From: an uncultured bacterium
GTDB lineage: Bacteria > Bacillota_I > Bacilli_A > RF39 > UBA660
DNA length: 64,000 bases
Direction of reading: 5' to 3'
Assembly (NCBI GenBank): GCA_949296705.1
Contig: CASFOW010000042.1
Span: forward strand, 25,096-89,095
Part shown: positions 38,976-50,000 of the stretch, one piece after another
How positions within the stretch are numbered: the stretch's first letter is position 1
How the letters are laid out: the number at the start of each line of letters is the position of its first letter
The notes under the pieces: model-generated
What the model was told of the DNA's origin: nothing
The model's input: the letters and a program-made list of their open reading frames with translations, nothing else
The model's database searches: none
Program-made: the position numbers and the translations under genes

Positions 38976-39701
38976 TAAACACTCCCCTATATCATCTTGG
39001 AAAGCTAATATTTTGCTTGCTCTTTCTACGGAAATAGAATATTCTTAATCTATAGTTAACATCATCATTAAACTTACTAACCATTATCATAGTAGCCAAT
39101 AATTAAAATCACTAATTCCATTTCGCATTAAAGTACACTACGAGAAGTAATAAAATAATAACCGTAATACTTTTATATATCGAGAAAACAGAGTAGCTGT
39201 ATTTTTGGCATATGCTGTTTATTCTTTTTAAAAATGTCTTTTGTATGATGATTTAGAATAGCTTTTCATCTTCTTTGAAACCATTTTTAAATGGATAAGT
39301 TAATATTCTCTTAACTCGATCACTCAAAAATCACAGGCTATTTCTTTAATGAATTATATATTTCCATCCTACTACTTTTTATATCTTGTCTTCATTTTAT
39401 CATAGTTTGAAGAAAAAAGGAATTCTTTATGTATATTTCCATAAAATATGAAAACTAGTATTACAGATAATGTTTTTATTTAAATTATATAAAACTTCTT
39501 ATTATCCGATGAATTGATTTTCTTTTTCTTTACTTTAATTTTTCTTTTTACTTTTCCTAAAGAACACTATAAATTTTATTCATTGATGACATCTAAAACA
39601 GGGGGAATTCATGTTCTAATCAAACGAAATTTTATTCTTTCATAAAAAATACTTTCCTTTTTTCCCGTTATGTGCTATATTATATGAGTAATCAAATTTA
39701 T

Positions 39702-39777
39702 GGGCTGTTAGCTCAGTTGGTAGAGCAACTGACTCTTAATCAGTGGGTCTAGGGTTCGAATCCCTAACAGCCCACCA
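39702..39777 (+). tRNA. tRNA-Lys (CTT)
   Basis: GGGCTGTTAGCTCAGTTGGTAGAGC..., anticodon loop CTCTTAA, T-loop GGTTCGAATCC, encoded CCA. Confidence 0.9.
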
Positions 39778-39788
39778 TAATTTGTCTT

Positions 39789-39812
39789 AAAGACCGATTT
39801 ACGGTCTTTTTT
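39789..39812 (+). terminator. Rho-independent terminator after tRNA-Lys
   Basis: AAGACCG-ATTTA-CGGTCTT followed by TTTTTT. Confidence 0.6.
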
Positions 39813-40009
39813 GCTTTGTTTTTATTTTTCTATTTTCTTTCTATATAATTGTTGTTATAATTTAGTTATGATATACTTCATACATATTTCAACAAAAAAG
39901 TTATTCATTAGAAGATTTATATCAAATTTGTATTGAGGAGGCTTGATCACCAAGGAACTTTTTTGAATAAATCAAATAAAATATTAAAAACGATGGAGGT
40001 AAAAATAAA

Positions 40010-40453
40010 ATGAAAAATAAAATTATTTTAGGAACAATTATAGGAACTTTTTTAATTGCAAGTGCTGGATGTAGCAATACTAAAACCTTAACTTGTACAA
40101 GTGAATCACAAGAAAGTGGAGCTAAACTTACTCAACAAGTGCTTGTTACTTTTGATAAAAATGATACACTTTCTCACGTAAAAATAACTACAAAGATTGA
40201 TGCGGAAGATGATTATGCTGATGAGATGGATGAATATGAGGAAATGATAAAAGAAACCGTTGATAGTAACGAAGAAGAACACATCAAAATATCCTATAGA
40301 AGAAATGGGAATTCCCTATCTCAAGTCATGGATTATTATGTAAGTGATATGAGTGATGAGGAAAAAGAAAATAATGGATTCGATGATCCTGATGAAAATT
40401 CTTATGATACTTTGAAAGAAAATTTCGAAGAACAAGGCTATACTTGTAAATAA
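40010..40453 (+). CDS. Acidic lipoprotein
   Basis: Lipobox IASAGC. D/E-rich mature protein. Confidence 0.6.
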   Translation: MKNKIILGTIIGTFLIASAGCSNTKTLTCTSESQESGAKLTQQVLVTFDKNDTLSHVKITTKIDAEDDYADEMDEYEEMIKETVDSNEEEHIKISYRRNGNSLSQVMDYYVSDMSDEEKENNGFDDPDENSYDTLKENFEEQGYTCK

Positions 40454-40504
40454 TTAAATTTTAAATATCAAAAAAACTCTTCTCTTAATTTAGAGAGGAG
40501 TTTT

Positions 40505-41038
40505 TTATACCAAACTTTGCTTTAATTTTGTTTCCTCATGGTTAATCTTATGAATTAATTCGTCGATTGTTTTTAAGTTTAATAATTGTCTTGAAGTTTT
40601 ATCTCGAAGATTTCTTTCAACAAAATCCATATTTCCCACAATCAATTTATTTCTTTCTTCCATAATTCCATAAGTATAATCTTGATAATTAGCTTCTAAT
40701 TCTTGCTTTTTTACTTGAGTAAATTCAGAAATAGGATAGAAATCTAAATTATCCAATATTTTTTCATCATAGCGCTTATAATAAAAATTAGATTCGCAAC
40801 TATAACGAAAGAGAATTCCCTTATACAAACTATTTTCTCGGTTAATATAAGCATCAATTTCTTCATCTTGTTCAACCTCTTGTAGAGTAACTAATAGTTT
40901 TAATAATTCCCCAAAATCTTTAGACATATATTTTAAATAATAATCTTCCCCATCATAATAGACTGGACTAACCAAAACAGAATGATTGTTGTCTAGCGGT
41001 TTTCCCTCAATTACACCGATTATTTCTTTTTCTTTCAT
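40505..41038 (-). CDS. Hypothetical protein
   Basis: 177 aa with no recognised motif. Confidence 0.5.
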   Translation of the reverse strand: MKEKEIIGVIEGKPLDNNHSVLVSPVYYDGEDYYLKYMSKDFGELLKLLVTLQEVEQDEEIDAYINRENSLYKGILFRYSCESNFYYKRYDEKILDNLDFYPISEFTQVKKQELEANYQDYTYGIMEERNKLIVGNMDFVERNLRDKTSRQLLNLKTIDELIHKINHEETKLKQSLV

Positions 41039-41126
41039 TTTGCTTCACCTTGCGTTATATAATAACATGTGTCTATTTTTAAAAGCAAGAAAAAGATATC
41101 TTTTTCAGATACCTTTTTTTGGAAAA

Positions 41127-42353
41127 CTATTTACGAAGTGATTTTACTCCTTTACTTCCCTTACTACCAAACTCAGTGAAACCTTTTAAAATATTTGTAT
41201 CAAAAGAGTGAGTCTTGGTGATACGATGTTTATAATCCTTAATACCAATATTTACTAAGTCATCTAACAACTCAGAATATTCTTTACCAATAGGTTCCCA
41301 TAAATAGAAAGATAACGATCCTGGTATATTGTTGATTTCATTAATATATGGCTTATTGGTTTTTGTATCAACTAAGAAGTCAATTCTCACTACACCTGAT
41401 GTTTTTAATGCTTTACAAGCATTTATAGCAATCTCTTCAATTTGTTCTTTTAATTTATCTTCTAAAGGAGCAGGAATTATTCTATCTGTTGAAACCATTC
41501 CTTTGGAACTCTTATATTTCATACCGTGCTTTCCCTTAGTTTTGCCATCCCCAACATACTTATCTTCATAAGTTAGAAAAGCACTTTTAGGAATTACTTG
41601 TTCAATCGCACTTAATTGATAGTTTTCATAATTGCCTAAAACACTGATATTGACTTCCATTAAATTTTCTACTACTTTTTCGACAACAATCCGATTATCA
41701 TAACTAATCGCAGTCTCAATTGCTTCTTTTAATTCTTCTTTATCTTTCGCTACACTGATACCGACACTACTTCCTAACAAGCAAGGTTTAACAATTACTG
41801 GATATTTTAAGTGTTCTATTTTCTTAATCACTTCTTCACTATCATCCTGGTATTCACTATCATAGAACCATACATAATCAGTAATTGGTAAGTTTTCAGC
41901 TTTAAAAATTTGCTTCATATAGATTTTATCTTGACCAACTACCGAAGCATAAACATCTCCTCCCACATAAGGAACACCAATAGATTGTAAATATCCTTGT
42001 AATGTTCCATCTTCCACATTAGTTCCATGTACGATTGGGAAGATGATATCTACTTCTTTTACTACTCTTTTAAATAAGCCTTTCTTATTTTGAAGAACAA
42101 AGTGCCCATTCTTGGCATATAACACAACATTATTACAGTATCTCTTTAATAAATCCATATCTTGGAAAGTATCGATATCTTTAAGAGATTCCCCTGTATA
42201 CCATTCACGATTTTTGGCTATATAAATGGGAATAATTTCATACTTTTCATTATCCATTTTATTCATTGCTTGAATAGCAGAAATAATACTTACTTCATGT
42301 TCTACACTTTCTCCACCAAATATAACGCCCAATTTAATTTTCATTTTATTCAC
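41127..42353 (-). CDS. ddl: D-alanine--D-alanine ligase (long form)
   Basis: N-terminus KIKLGVIFGGESVEHEVSIISA and ATP-grasp segments. 408 aa with a Lys/Gly-rich insert and tail. Confidence 0.85.
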   Translation of the reverse strand: MNKMKIKLGVIFGGESVEHEVSIISAIQAMNKMDNEKYEIIPIYIAKNREWYTGESLKDIDTFQDMDLLKRYCNNVVLYAKNGHFVLQNKKGLFKRVVKEVDIIFPIVHGTNVEDGTLQGYLQSIGVPYVGGDVYASVVGQDKIYMKQIFKAENLPITDYVWFYDSEYQDDSEEVIKKIEHLKYPVIVKPCLLGSSVGISVAKDKEELKEAIETAISYDNRIVVEKVVENLMEVNISVLGNYENYQLSAIEQVIPKSAFLTYEDKYVGDGKTKGKHGMKYKSSKGMVSTDRIIPAPLEDKLKEQIEEIAINACKALKTSGVVRIDFLVDTKTNKPYINEINNIPGSLSFYLWEPIGKEYSELLDDLVNIGIKDYKHRITKTHSFDTNILKGFTEFGSKGSKGVKSLRK

Positions 42354-42355
42354 TC

Positions 42356-43951
42356 CTATTCATTATAAAGATCTGGCAAATCATTTTCAAATAAAGCATA
42401 AAGAACTTTATCTGTACTCATCGTTTGTAATAAGGTATAAGCATCATAAACACTATTTACGACATAAATTTTTTCTTTATCGAAATTCCCTTCGATAATA
42501 CCCTTAAAAATTGGTTTCGTTCTTTTTTCGCCAACCAAAATAACATAGTCTGCGACTTTACTAATCTGGTTACCAAAGATTTGATTCAATTCTTCTTCTT
42601 TCTCACCTAATTCTGTCATTCCTGGGGTTACAACAACCTTCTTTCCTGGCATCATTGCAAGAACATCTAAAGCAGCTTTAGCACCAACTGGATTAGAATT
42701 ATAAGCATCATTTATCTGATACATATAACCATAATTTCTAAGTTCTAGACGACTTTCAATCGGTTTTACTTTTTTTACTCCCTTTTCAAGTTCATTAATA
42801 GACATACCAAATTCTTTACCTAAAGCAATTCCCGCTAAAATATTATAAATATTATGATTACCTAACAGTTTAGTTTCAAAAGAATATCGCTTGTCATCCC
42901 CTTTAAAAACAACATCAAATTTACTTCCCTTGTAATTACAGCTAATATTTTCAGCATAGATATCGACATCTTTATTATCGATTCCAATCCATACTTTTTT
43001 ACATTTACTTTTTATCGGATAAGATAACTGCTTTGGATCATCTCCATTTAATACCGCAATTCCATCATCTGGTAAGCTTTCAATAAGTTCAAATTTTGTT
43101 TTCATGATATTTTCAGCACTACCAAATGTCTCCAAATGAGCAAGACCAATACGAGTTAAGATTCCATACTTAGGGTGGACCATATCACAAAGTTTTTTGA
43201 TTTCTCCTCTTTTATAAGCTCCCATTTCAGCAATAAATACTTCATCAAATTTATCTAGATAGTTATTAATGGTAATCATTAAGCCGTACTCAGTATTTAA
43301 ATTTTTTGGAGTTGGTCTCGTAATATATTTTAAATTTAATATATCACTTAAAATATTCTTACTACTAGTTTTTCCGTAGCTTCCTGTAATGCCAATTACT
43401 TTTAAGTGATTCATACTACGTAATTTTTTCTTTGCTTTAGTTTCATAGTATTTGTAGACAAACTTTTCAACCGGGGTATTGATCACCTTAGCTAAGAAGA
43501 CAATAAGATAACTAAAATAAGTAAACAAAGCGGATAATAATAACATTAAGTAACCATTTCGATAGTCTACTAAGTAAAAAACAAGAGGAATGGCAAATAA
43601 AACGGTTAACGTTACAATTAATCTTCTTACCCTTTTCGTAATAACAAGTGGTTTTTTTGTTTTTTCAGATTTATATAAAGAAAGTAACCGAAGTGCTTCT
43701 CCAATATAGGCAATAATCGCTAAACCAACAAAGATAATTGAAATATCATTGTTTAAATAATATGCAACTAAAATTAATAATAGAGACAATAAGTCTAAAG
43801 AAATAAATACTTGTTTACTATTTCTTTTTAACCATTTTAAATAACGGTTATTTTCGTTATATAAATTTTGTTGTAACATATGGAGTGATTTCTTATTTTT
43901 TATAATATTAAAAATAATTATCGCAATAAAAGTAATCGTAAAAATATTCAT
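42356..43951 (-). CDS. murF: UDP-MurNAc-tripeptide--D-Ala-D-Ala ligase MurF with an N-terminal multi-TM extension
   Basis: Mur-ligase P-loop VIGITGSYGKTSSKNIL at about residue 190. The preceding 150 aa or so hold 4-5 hydrophobic helices where MurF normally has a soluble N-domain. Follows ddl. Confidence 0.75.
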   Translation of the reverse strand: MNIFTITFIAIIIFNIIKNKKSLHMLQQNLYNENNRYLKWLKRNSKQVFISLDLLSLLLILVAYYLNNDISIIFVGLAIIAYIGEALRLLSLYKSEKTKKPLVITKRVRRLIVTLTVLFAIPLVFYLVDYRNGYLMLLLSALFTYFSYLIVFLAKVINTPVEKFVYKYYETKAKKKLRSMNHLKVIGITGSYGKTSSKNILSDILNLKYITRPTPKNLNTEYGLMITINNYLDKFDEVFIAEMGAYKRGEIKKLCDMVHPKYGILTRIGLAHLETFGSAENIMKTKFELIESLPDDGIAVLNGDDPKQLSYPIKSKCKKVWIGIDNKDVDIYAENISCNYKGSKFDVVFKGDDKRYSFETKLLGNHNIYNILAGIALGKEFGMSINELEKGVKKVKPIESRLELRNYGYMYQINDAYNSNPVGAKAALDVLAMMPGKKVVVTPGMTELGEKEEELNQIFGNQISKVADYVILVGEKRTKPIFKGIIEGNFDKEKIYVVNSVYDAYTLLQTMSTDKVLYALFENDLPDLYNE

Positions 43952-44679
43952 GATTTCACCTCTTTAAAAAATTCATTTAAAATACTTACAACTCGTGGTA
44001 AAGCTTCTAGATAGGCATAATGTGTATAACCTTCTAATTCAATTAATGCCCCATCCTTTAGTAGTTTTTCTAATTTTTTTGCATCTTCTATTGGCGCAGC
44101 TTCGTCATTGGTTCCCCAGATTAATAAAGTGGGACAGGTAATTTTTTTAGCGTATTCACTTAAATCTTGATTAATGATTTTAACAAATGATTCCCGTAAA
44201 ATGGGAGAAGCTTTTTTATAATCTTCTGAACCGATGTAATTTTTGGCAAATTCACCTATTTTTTTCATACCCGGTAGTTTCTTTAGTGTTTTTAATACTT
44301 TTTCTTTTGACGATGTTTTTTGCTCGCGAACACAAGGACTACCGAATAACACTAATTTTTCTACTTCATGTCTACTTGCATAAATGATAGCTACTCTTCC
44401 TCCAAAAGAATGGCCAATTAGAATTGGTTTTTTTACATTCACTTTTTCTAAGAACTCAGCTATACATTCTTCATAATCCTCTATCGACCAAGCAACCTTT
44501 AAGTCATCACTTTGGCCAAATCCAGGAAAGTCGATAATCGTAATTCGGTAATTGGAAAACTCTTTAGCAAGTGGTTGCATCATTGCGATGTTTTGACCCC
44601 AACCATGTAATAATACGATATCCTTACCACTACCATATTGTATGTAATTGATGTTCAAATCTCTAATCTTTATTGACAT
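43948..44679 (-). CDS. Alpha/beta-hydrolase fold protein
   Basis: VLLHGWGQN and the nucleophile elbow GHSFGG. Confidence 0.75.
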   Translation of the reverse strand: MSIKIRDLNINYIQYGSGKDIVLLHGWGQNIAMMQPLAKEFSNYRITIIDFPGFGQSDDLKVAWSIEDYEECIAEFLEKVNVKKPILIGHSFGGRVAIIYASRHEVEKLVLFGSPCVREQKTSSKEKVLKTLKKLPGMKKIGEFAKNYIGSEDYKKASPILRESFVKIINQDLSEYAKKITCPTLLIWGTNDEAAPIEDAKKLEKLLKDGALIELEGYTHYAYLEALPRVVSILNEFFKEVKS

Positions 44680-44986
44680 TATACCACCAAAAACATTATA
44701 ACATGCTTCTAATTCATAACCAAATAGTTTTATGAGAATTTTTCTTTTTTCATTGTCTATTTTATTAAAATTTAAGTCTTGATTTTTATATAGTTAATTA
44801 TCTATTTTTCCTTCTTCGTCCAAAATGAGTAATTTTTATTTAATATCATGATTAGTCGTTATCCATTTAGCTAGCAATTAACTTAAAAGTGGATACTTCC
44901 AAGCATTAATGAAATTTTCTATTTGAATCTTGACAGTCTAGAGAAAAAAATATAATAAATTATTGTCAAGAAAGGAACGAAATAAG

Positions 44987-45745
44987 ATGAATGAGGAAAT
45001 TATAGAATCTCTAACTACCTTAGTTATAAAACTTTTACAGACAAAATATGGAAATGATTTACATGAGTATATGAATTTAACTAATTTAGAAAAAGGAAAA
45101 ATTATTGAGGATTCTATTTTAGAAAATCTAATCGAAAATATCGATCAGAAATTGAACTTTTTATCTTTTTCCGATACTGTTGTTCGATTAAAAGAAATAG
45201 GGTTTAAAGAAGTAATCTTTTCTAGAATTCCTATGGCCGATCGTTTGCCAGTAGAATTTTGTTCAGACTTTACAATTATGTACCATAGTGATTATTTAAT
45301 ACTAAGTTCTATTCATAAGAAGAAGGAAAATTCTGTTTGTATTACATGTGCATCTCCTCATTTTAAAAAGCCTCTGATTTTTGATAATTGCTTAAACTTT
45401 TTTAAAAATTTTGAAGCAAATGGAGAAATTGGGCAACGATTATGTTCCTCTCATTCACTACAAATGATCGAGCTTAATGATCTCCCTCTTTTAACCCCTT
45501 CTGAAATAGCTAAGTATCCGCCGATGAAGGAGGAGTTTGATCATTTTTGTGATAGACACCCCCTTAGTGACTGTTCTCAATTGGATTATACGAAAAAATT
45601 AGAAATATTTAAAGGCGATTATTTAGAGCATCTTGAGTATCTAAAAGAAGAGCAGAAAAGAATAAGAAAAAGAAGGCTTACTCAGTTCCCAAAAGAATTT
45701 CGACATTGGGTAAATGTTTTAGAAGAAAACAAAAAAAAGATATAG
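44987..45745 (+). CDS. Hypothetical protein
   Basis: Start chosen at MNEEIIE (RBS AAGGAA). TTGACA...TATAAT promoter-like motif at 44930..44956. Several Cys/His but no clear motif. Confidence 0.45.
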   Translation: MNEEIIESLTTLVIKLLQTKYGNDLHEYMNLTNLEKGKIIEDSILENLIENIDQKLNFLSFSDTVVRLKEIGFKEVIFSRIPMADRLPVEFCSDFTIMYHSDYLILSSIHKKKENSVCITCASPHFKKPLIFDNCLNFFKNFEANGEIGQRLCSSHSLQMIELNDLPLLTPSEIAKYPPMKEEFDHFCDRHPLSDCSQLDYTKKLEIFKGDYLEHLEYLKEEQKRIRKRRLTQFPKEFRHWVNVLEENKKKI

Positions 45746-45762
45746 ATGATAAAATTTGTCTA

Positions 45763-46152
45763 CTATATCTTTTTATTTATTTGATTATCTAAACACCACT
45801 TTAAAGCAAGATATTTTACTTCTTGTTCTAAAAATGGTTCGAGATAAAAATACCAATTTAAATTCGTTTTGTTAAGGTAATGAAAACTATCTTCTAGCGG
45901 ATGCTTAGAGTGATTTAAAATTTGCTTGATTATTCTTTTATCTTTCTTACTTGGTAAAATCTTACTATAGTTATAGATAATATTCTTTTTGACACTAAGA
46001 GGAAAATCTAGATATAAGCGAGAATTATCCCTATTCTTCGTAAAGTTAAAGTAATTTTTTTCCGGATTATAATAAATGTTGGGTGCTTCTAAAGAAAATA
46101 ACTCTTTATAACAACTGATTAATTTTTCCCATTCTACTTCTACTCTTTTCAT
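45763..46152 (-). CDS. Hypothetical protein
   Basis: 129 aa with no recognised motif. Confidence 0.4.
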   Translation of the reverse strand: MKRVEVEWEKLISCYKELFSLEAPNIYYNPEKNYFNFTKNRDNSRLYLDFPLSVKKNIIYNYSKILPSKKDKRIIKQILNHSKHPLEDSFHYLNKTNLNWYFYLEPFLEQEVKYLALKWCLDNQINKKI

Positions 46153-46236
46153 AGTATGCTACCCTTCAATTAAAGGTTATCATACGTAGTTTTTGCAAGT
46201 CAACTATTCGTTAACTTTCTACAAAATTTTCTATTT

Positions 46237-46995
46237 TTATTTCTTCGTTAGAAAAGTAAAAAAGCGTTCTTCTTTTTGCCTATTATGGCTAGAATCTTCG
46301 AAATAAACTGCGTTTTTGACATTGTTTAAATTTAATTGCTGATTAGTTTCTAAAATACGGAACAAATGATTAGCAATTCCTTTACCACCGTCATAAAACT
46401 TTACCTCTCCTAAGATATTTTTTATTTTTTCTGAAATTAATGGATAATGTGTACAGCCTAGTACGACTGATTCTATTTTTTTATTTTGATATGATTCTAA
46501 TAATTCTTGAAGGTAACTTGTTAATTTTTCTTCTTCCCCCTCTTCAATTAAATGAGCTAAATTAGGGCAGGCTAGTAAATAGGTTTTTTGATTATCATAG
46601 TGGTGATATAAGTTTTGAAATCGTTCACTTTCGATAGTTGCGGGTGTTGCCATAACTAAAGTTTTCGTATTAGGTGCATAATCATGAATCATCTTATAAG
46701 CAGGCTCTGTGCCAATTAAGTGTAAATCCGGATATTTTTTCCGCATTTCATCAATTGCTAATGCGGTTGCGGTATTACAAGCAAAAACAATTGCCTTACA
46801 ATCTTTAGCGATAAAATAATTGATAATTTTATCAACGAAATCAATCACTTCCTGTTTAGTTTTTTCTCCATAAGGATTATGTTTAGAGTCACTATAATAG
46901 ATGTAGTTTTCCCTTGGCATTTTAAGAAGTAAACAGGAAAGTATAGTCACTCCTCCAATTCCGGAATCGAAAACACCAATTGGACGATTATCCAT
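46237..46995 (-). CDS. murI: Glutamate racemase
   Basis: PIGVFDSGIGGVT, VFACNTA, VLGCTHYP. Confidence 0.85.
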   Translation of the reverse strand: MDNRPIGVFDSGIGGVTILSCLLLKMPRENYIYYSDSKHNPYGEKTKQEVIDFVDKIINYFIAKDCKAIVFACNTATALAIDEMRKKYPDLHLIGTEPAYKMIHDYAPNTKTLVMATPATIESERFQNLYHHYDNQKTYLLACPNLAHLIEEGEEEKLTSYLQELLESYQNKKIESVVLGCTHYPLISEKIKNILGEVKFYDGGKGIANHLFRILETNQQLNLNNVKNAVYFEDSSHNRQKEERFFTFLTKK

Positions 46996-47026
46996 CTTTT
47001 CACCTTCCTTGGTTTATTATCTATTT

Positions 47027-50000
47027 TTAAAATAACGTCATCTGACTAGATTCTGGTAAATCATCTAATATCCCCATCATTTTCATTTTATCGATTAAAG
47101 TTGCGGATACTTTAGCACGTTTTTGTAAATCCTCAATACTTAAAAAGGCTTTTTCTTCTCGCTCTTTTACGATACCACTAGCTACTGCTCCACCTAGTCC
47201 ATCAATACAACGAAATGGTGGAATCAAAGTCATTTCATCATCTTCATCGATTTTAAAACGTTCAGCATCACTTTTGTAAATATCAATAGATGCAAATTTT
47301 ATTCCTCGAGCACTTGCTTCTAAAGCATTTTTTAAACACTCTAAAATGTTAGTTTCTTTATTCGTTGCTTCGAATCCTTTCTCTGTTAAATCTTCGATTC
47401 TCTTTCTAATTGAATTATACCCTTTCATCATGCATTCGATGTCAAAGTCGCTTTCCCTTACAGAGAAATAAGCAGCATAATAACGGTTAGGCTGATAAAC
47501 TTTGAACCAAGCGATTCGTAAAGCTGACATAACATAAGCACAAGCATGGGCTTTCGGAAACATGTATTTGATTTTACGACATGACTCAATATACCAATCA
47601 GGAACATTCGCTTTTTTCATGTCTTCTGCCATTCCTTTCCAAGTCTCTGGATCTTTACTGGCTTTTCCTTTACGGACAAACTCCATAATTTTGAAAGCTC
47701 GTTTTGGTTCCATTCCCCAGTTCATTAAGTTGACCATGATATCATCACGACACCCAATAACTTCCTTAAAAGGAACAACGTTATTTTCAATTAATTCACT
47801 AGCATTTCCTGCCCAAACATCAGTTCCATGGGATAAACCTGAGATTTTTACTAATTCAGAAAATGTTTTAGGCTTAGTCTCTACCAACATATTAATAACG
47901 AACTTGGTTCCCATTTCTGGCAAGCCTAAGGTTCCAGTTGGACACATGATTTGTTCTTCAGTTACGCCAAGCGCTTCAGGACTACAAAGTAAGCTTAATA
48001 CTTTTTCATCGCTAACTGGTAATGTTGTCACGTCGATTCCGGATAAATCTTGAAGCATTCTTAATACCGTCGGATCATCGTGTCCTAGTATATCTAGTTT
48101 TAATACATCTTGATCGATAGCATGGTAATCGAAGTGGGTCGTTCGCCATAAACTTGTTGGATCATCAGCTGGATACTGGAATGGAGTAAAATCAAAGACA
48201 TCCATATATCCAGGAATAACAACAATACCACCTGGATGTTGGCCTGTCGTCCTTTTCACCCCTGTACAACCTAAAGCAAGTCGTTCGATCTCTGCGGTAC
48301 GCATATTGGTAATTCCATGTTCTTCAAGATATCCTTTTACGTAACCAAAGGCAGTTTTTTCGGCAACAGTACCAATGGTTCCGGCTCGATATACATTGTC
48401 AACACCAAATAATACTTTCGTATACTCGTGGGCTTTCCATTGATATTCGCCCGAGAAGTTCAAGTCAATATCGGGAACTTTATCAGCATTAAATCCAAGG
48501 AAAGTCGCAAATGGCATATCCTGTCCTTCTTTTCCTAATGGTTTACCACATTTAGGACAAATTTTATCTGGCAAGTCATATCCGCTTGAATATTCTTTAC
48601 CATAGGCTTCGCCATTTTCGTTGATAAATTCAGAATATTTACATTCCTCATTACGACATAAATAATGGGCAGGAAGTGGGTTAACCTCCGTAATTCCCAT
48701 CATTGTTGCGACGAAACTTGATCCTACCGAACCACGTGAACCAACAAGATAACCATCATCGTTTGAATGCTTAACTAACTTTTGAGCAATCAGATAGATA
48801 ACGTCAAATCCTCCACCGATAACACCACCTAATTTCTTTTTTAATGTTTTTTCTCGATCAGCATCGGTTAAGTCTGGATCATTTTCTTTTAAATCTTTCC
48901 AAACCAGATCCTTTACTTGATCAAATCCAGCTAAAATCACCTCATGTAAATTGCGATACAGTTCTTTCACTGCTTCTTCTTTGCTTAGATCTTTCTTTGC
49001 TACTTCTTTTTTAATAACATCAATTAATAAATCACCATATAACTCTTTCGCAATTCGCTCTTCAATATTAAATGGTAATGGATCCCCATACCAAGAAGAA
49101 GCCTTTGTATATACTAATTCTGTTACGGTTTCTACACTTCGATCAATAGCAGGAGAAAAAGGAATACCACCGGTATCGATAATTACTTCGATTTCTTCTA
49201 CCATATCTAAGATTTTATTTGGATTTGTAATTACAATTTCTTGTCTTGTTACATCATCTAGGAAGGAAAAATCTTCCATCATTTCATCAGTCGTTCTAAA
49301 ATGATTACTTGGAATGTCAGTAATATCACTTTTCGCTAATGGATGTCTACCTCCACCTGGAACTTTCTGATTGACAATAATTTCACGGTATATTTTATCT
49401 TCTCGCTTCAAATGGTGAACATCTCCGGTTGCGACGATTAATTTGCCACTATCCTTCGTTACACGAATTACCTTCTTTATATTTTCCAATAATTGTTCTT
49501 CATTATCAAAATCATGCATTTGAATTAAATGGTCATAACACTCTGGTGGTTGAACTTCGACATAATCATAAAAATTGATAATATTGGTTAACTCTTCATC
49601 AGATTTACTTCTTGCTTCTTTAAATACTTCACTTTCATAGCAACCACTTCCTACTAGTAATCCTTCGCGATGATTTTCGATTTCACTACGTAAGATTCTT
49701 GGTGTTTTGTAGAGATACTTTGTATTAGCTAAACTGATAATTTTAAACAAGTTTTTAAGCCCAGTTTTATTTTTGGCTAATAAATTCACATGGTAACTAC
49801 GCCCATATTTATGAATTTCTTCTTTAGAAACTAGATTGTTTAAATCCGCTATCGTTTCAAAGTTTCTATCACTTAGCTTTTTTAACATTTTATGAAAAAC
49901 TAATGCTGTTCCTTCGGCATCGTAATCCGCACGGTGATGGGCATCTTCATCCCAAGGTACATCGTATCGTTTGACTAAGGCACTCAAGCTATGACGAGCA

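Noticed and set aside
33000-39800. Intact prophage or integrative element between tRNA-Thr and tRNA-Lys
   Set aside because: No integrase, recombinase, terminase or capsid-like ORFs are present. There are only hypothetical genes, a PHP phosphoesterase and degraded sequence. At most this is an old remnant.
47562-49304. Plus-strand ORFs of 163 aa and 117 aa inside polC
   Set aside because: Antisense to PolC, whose conservation spans the region.
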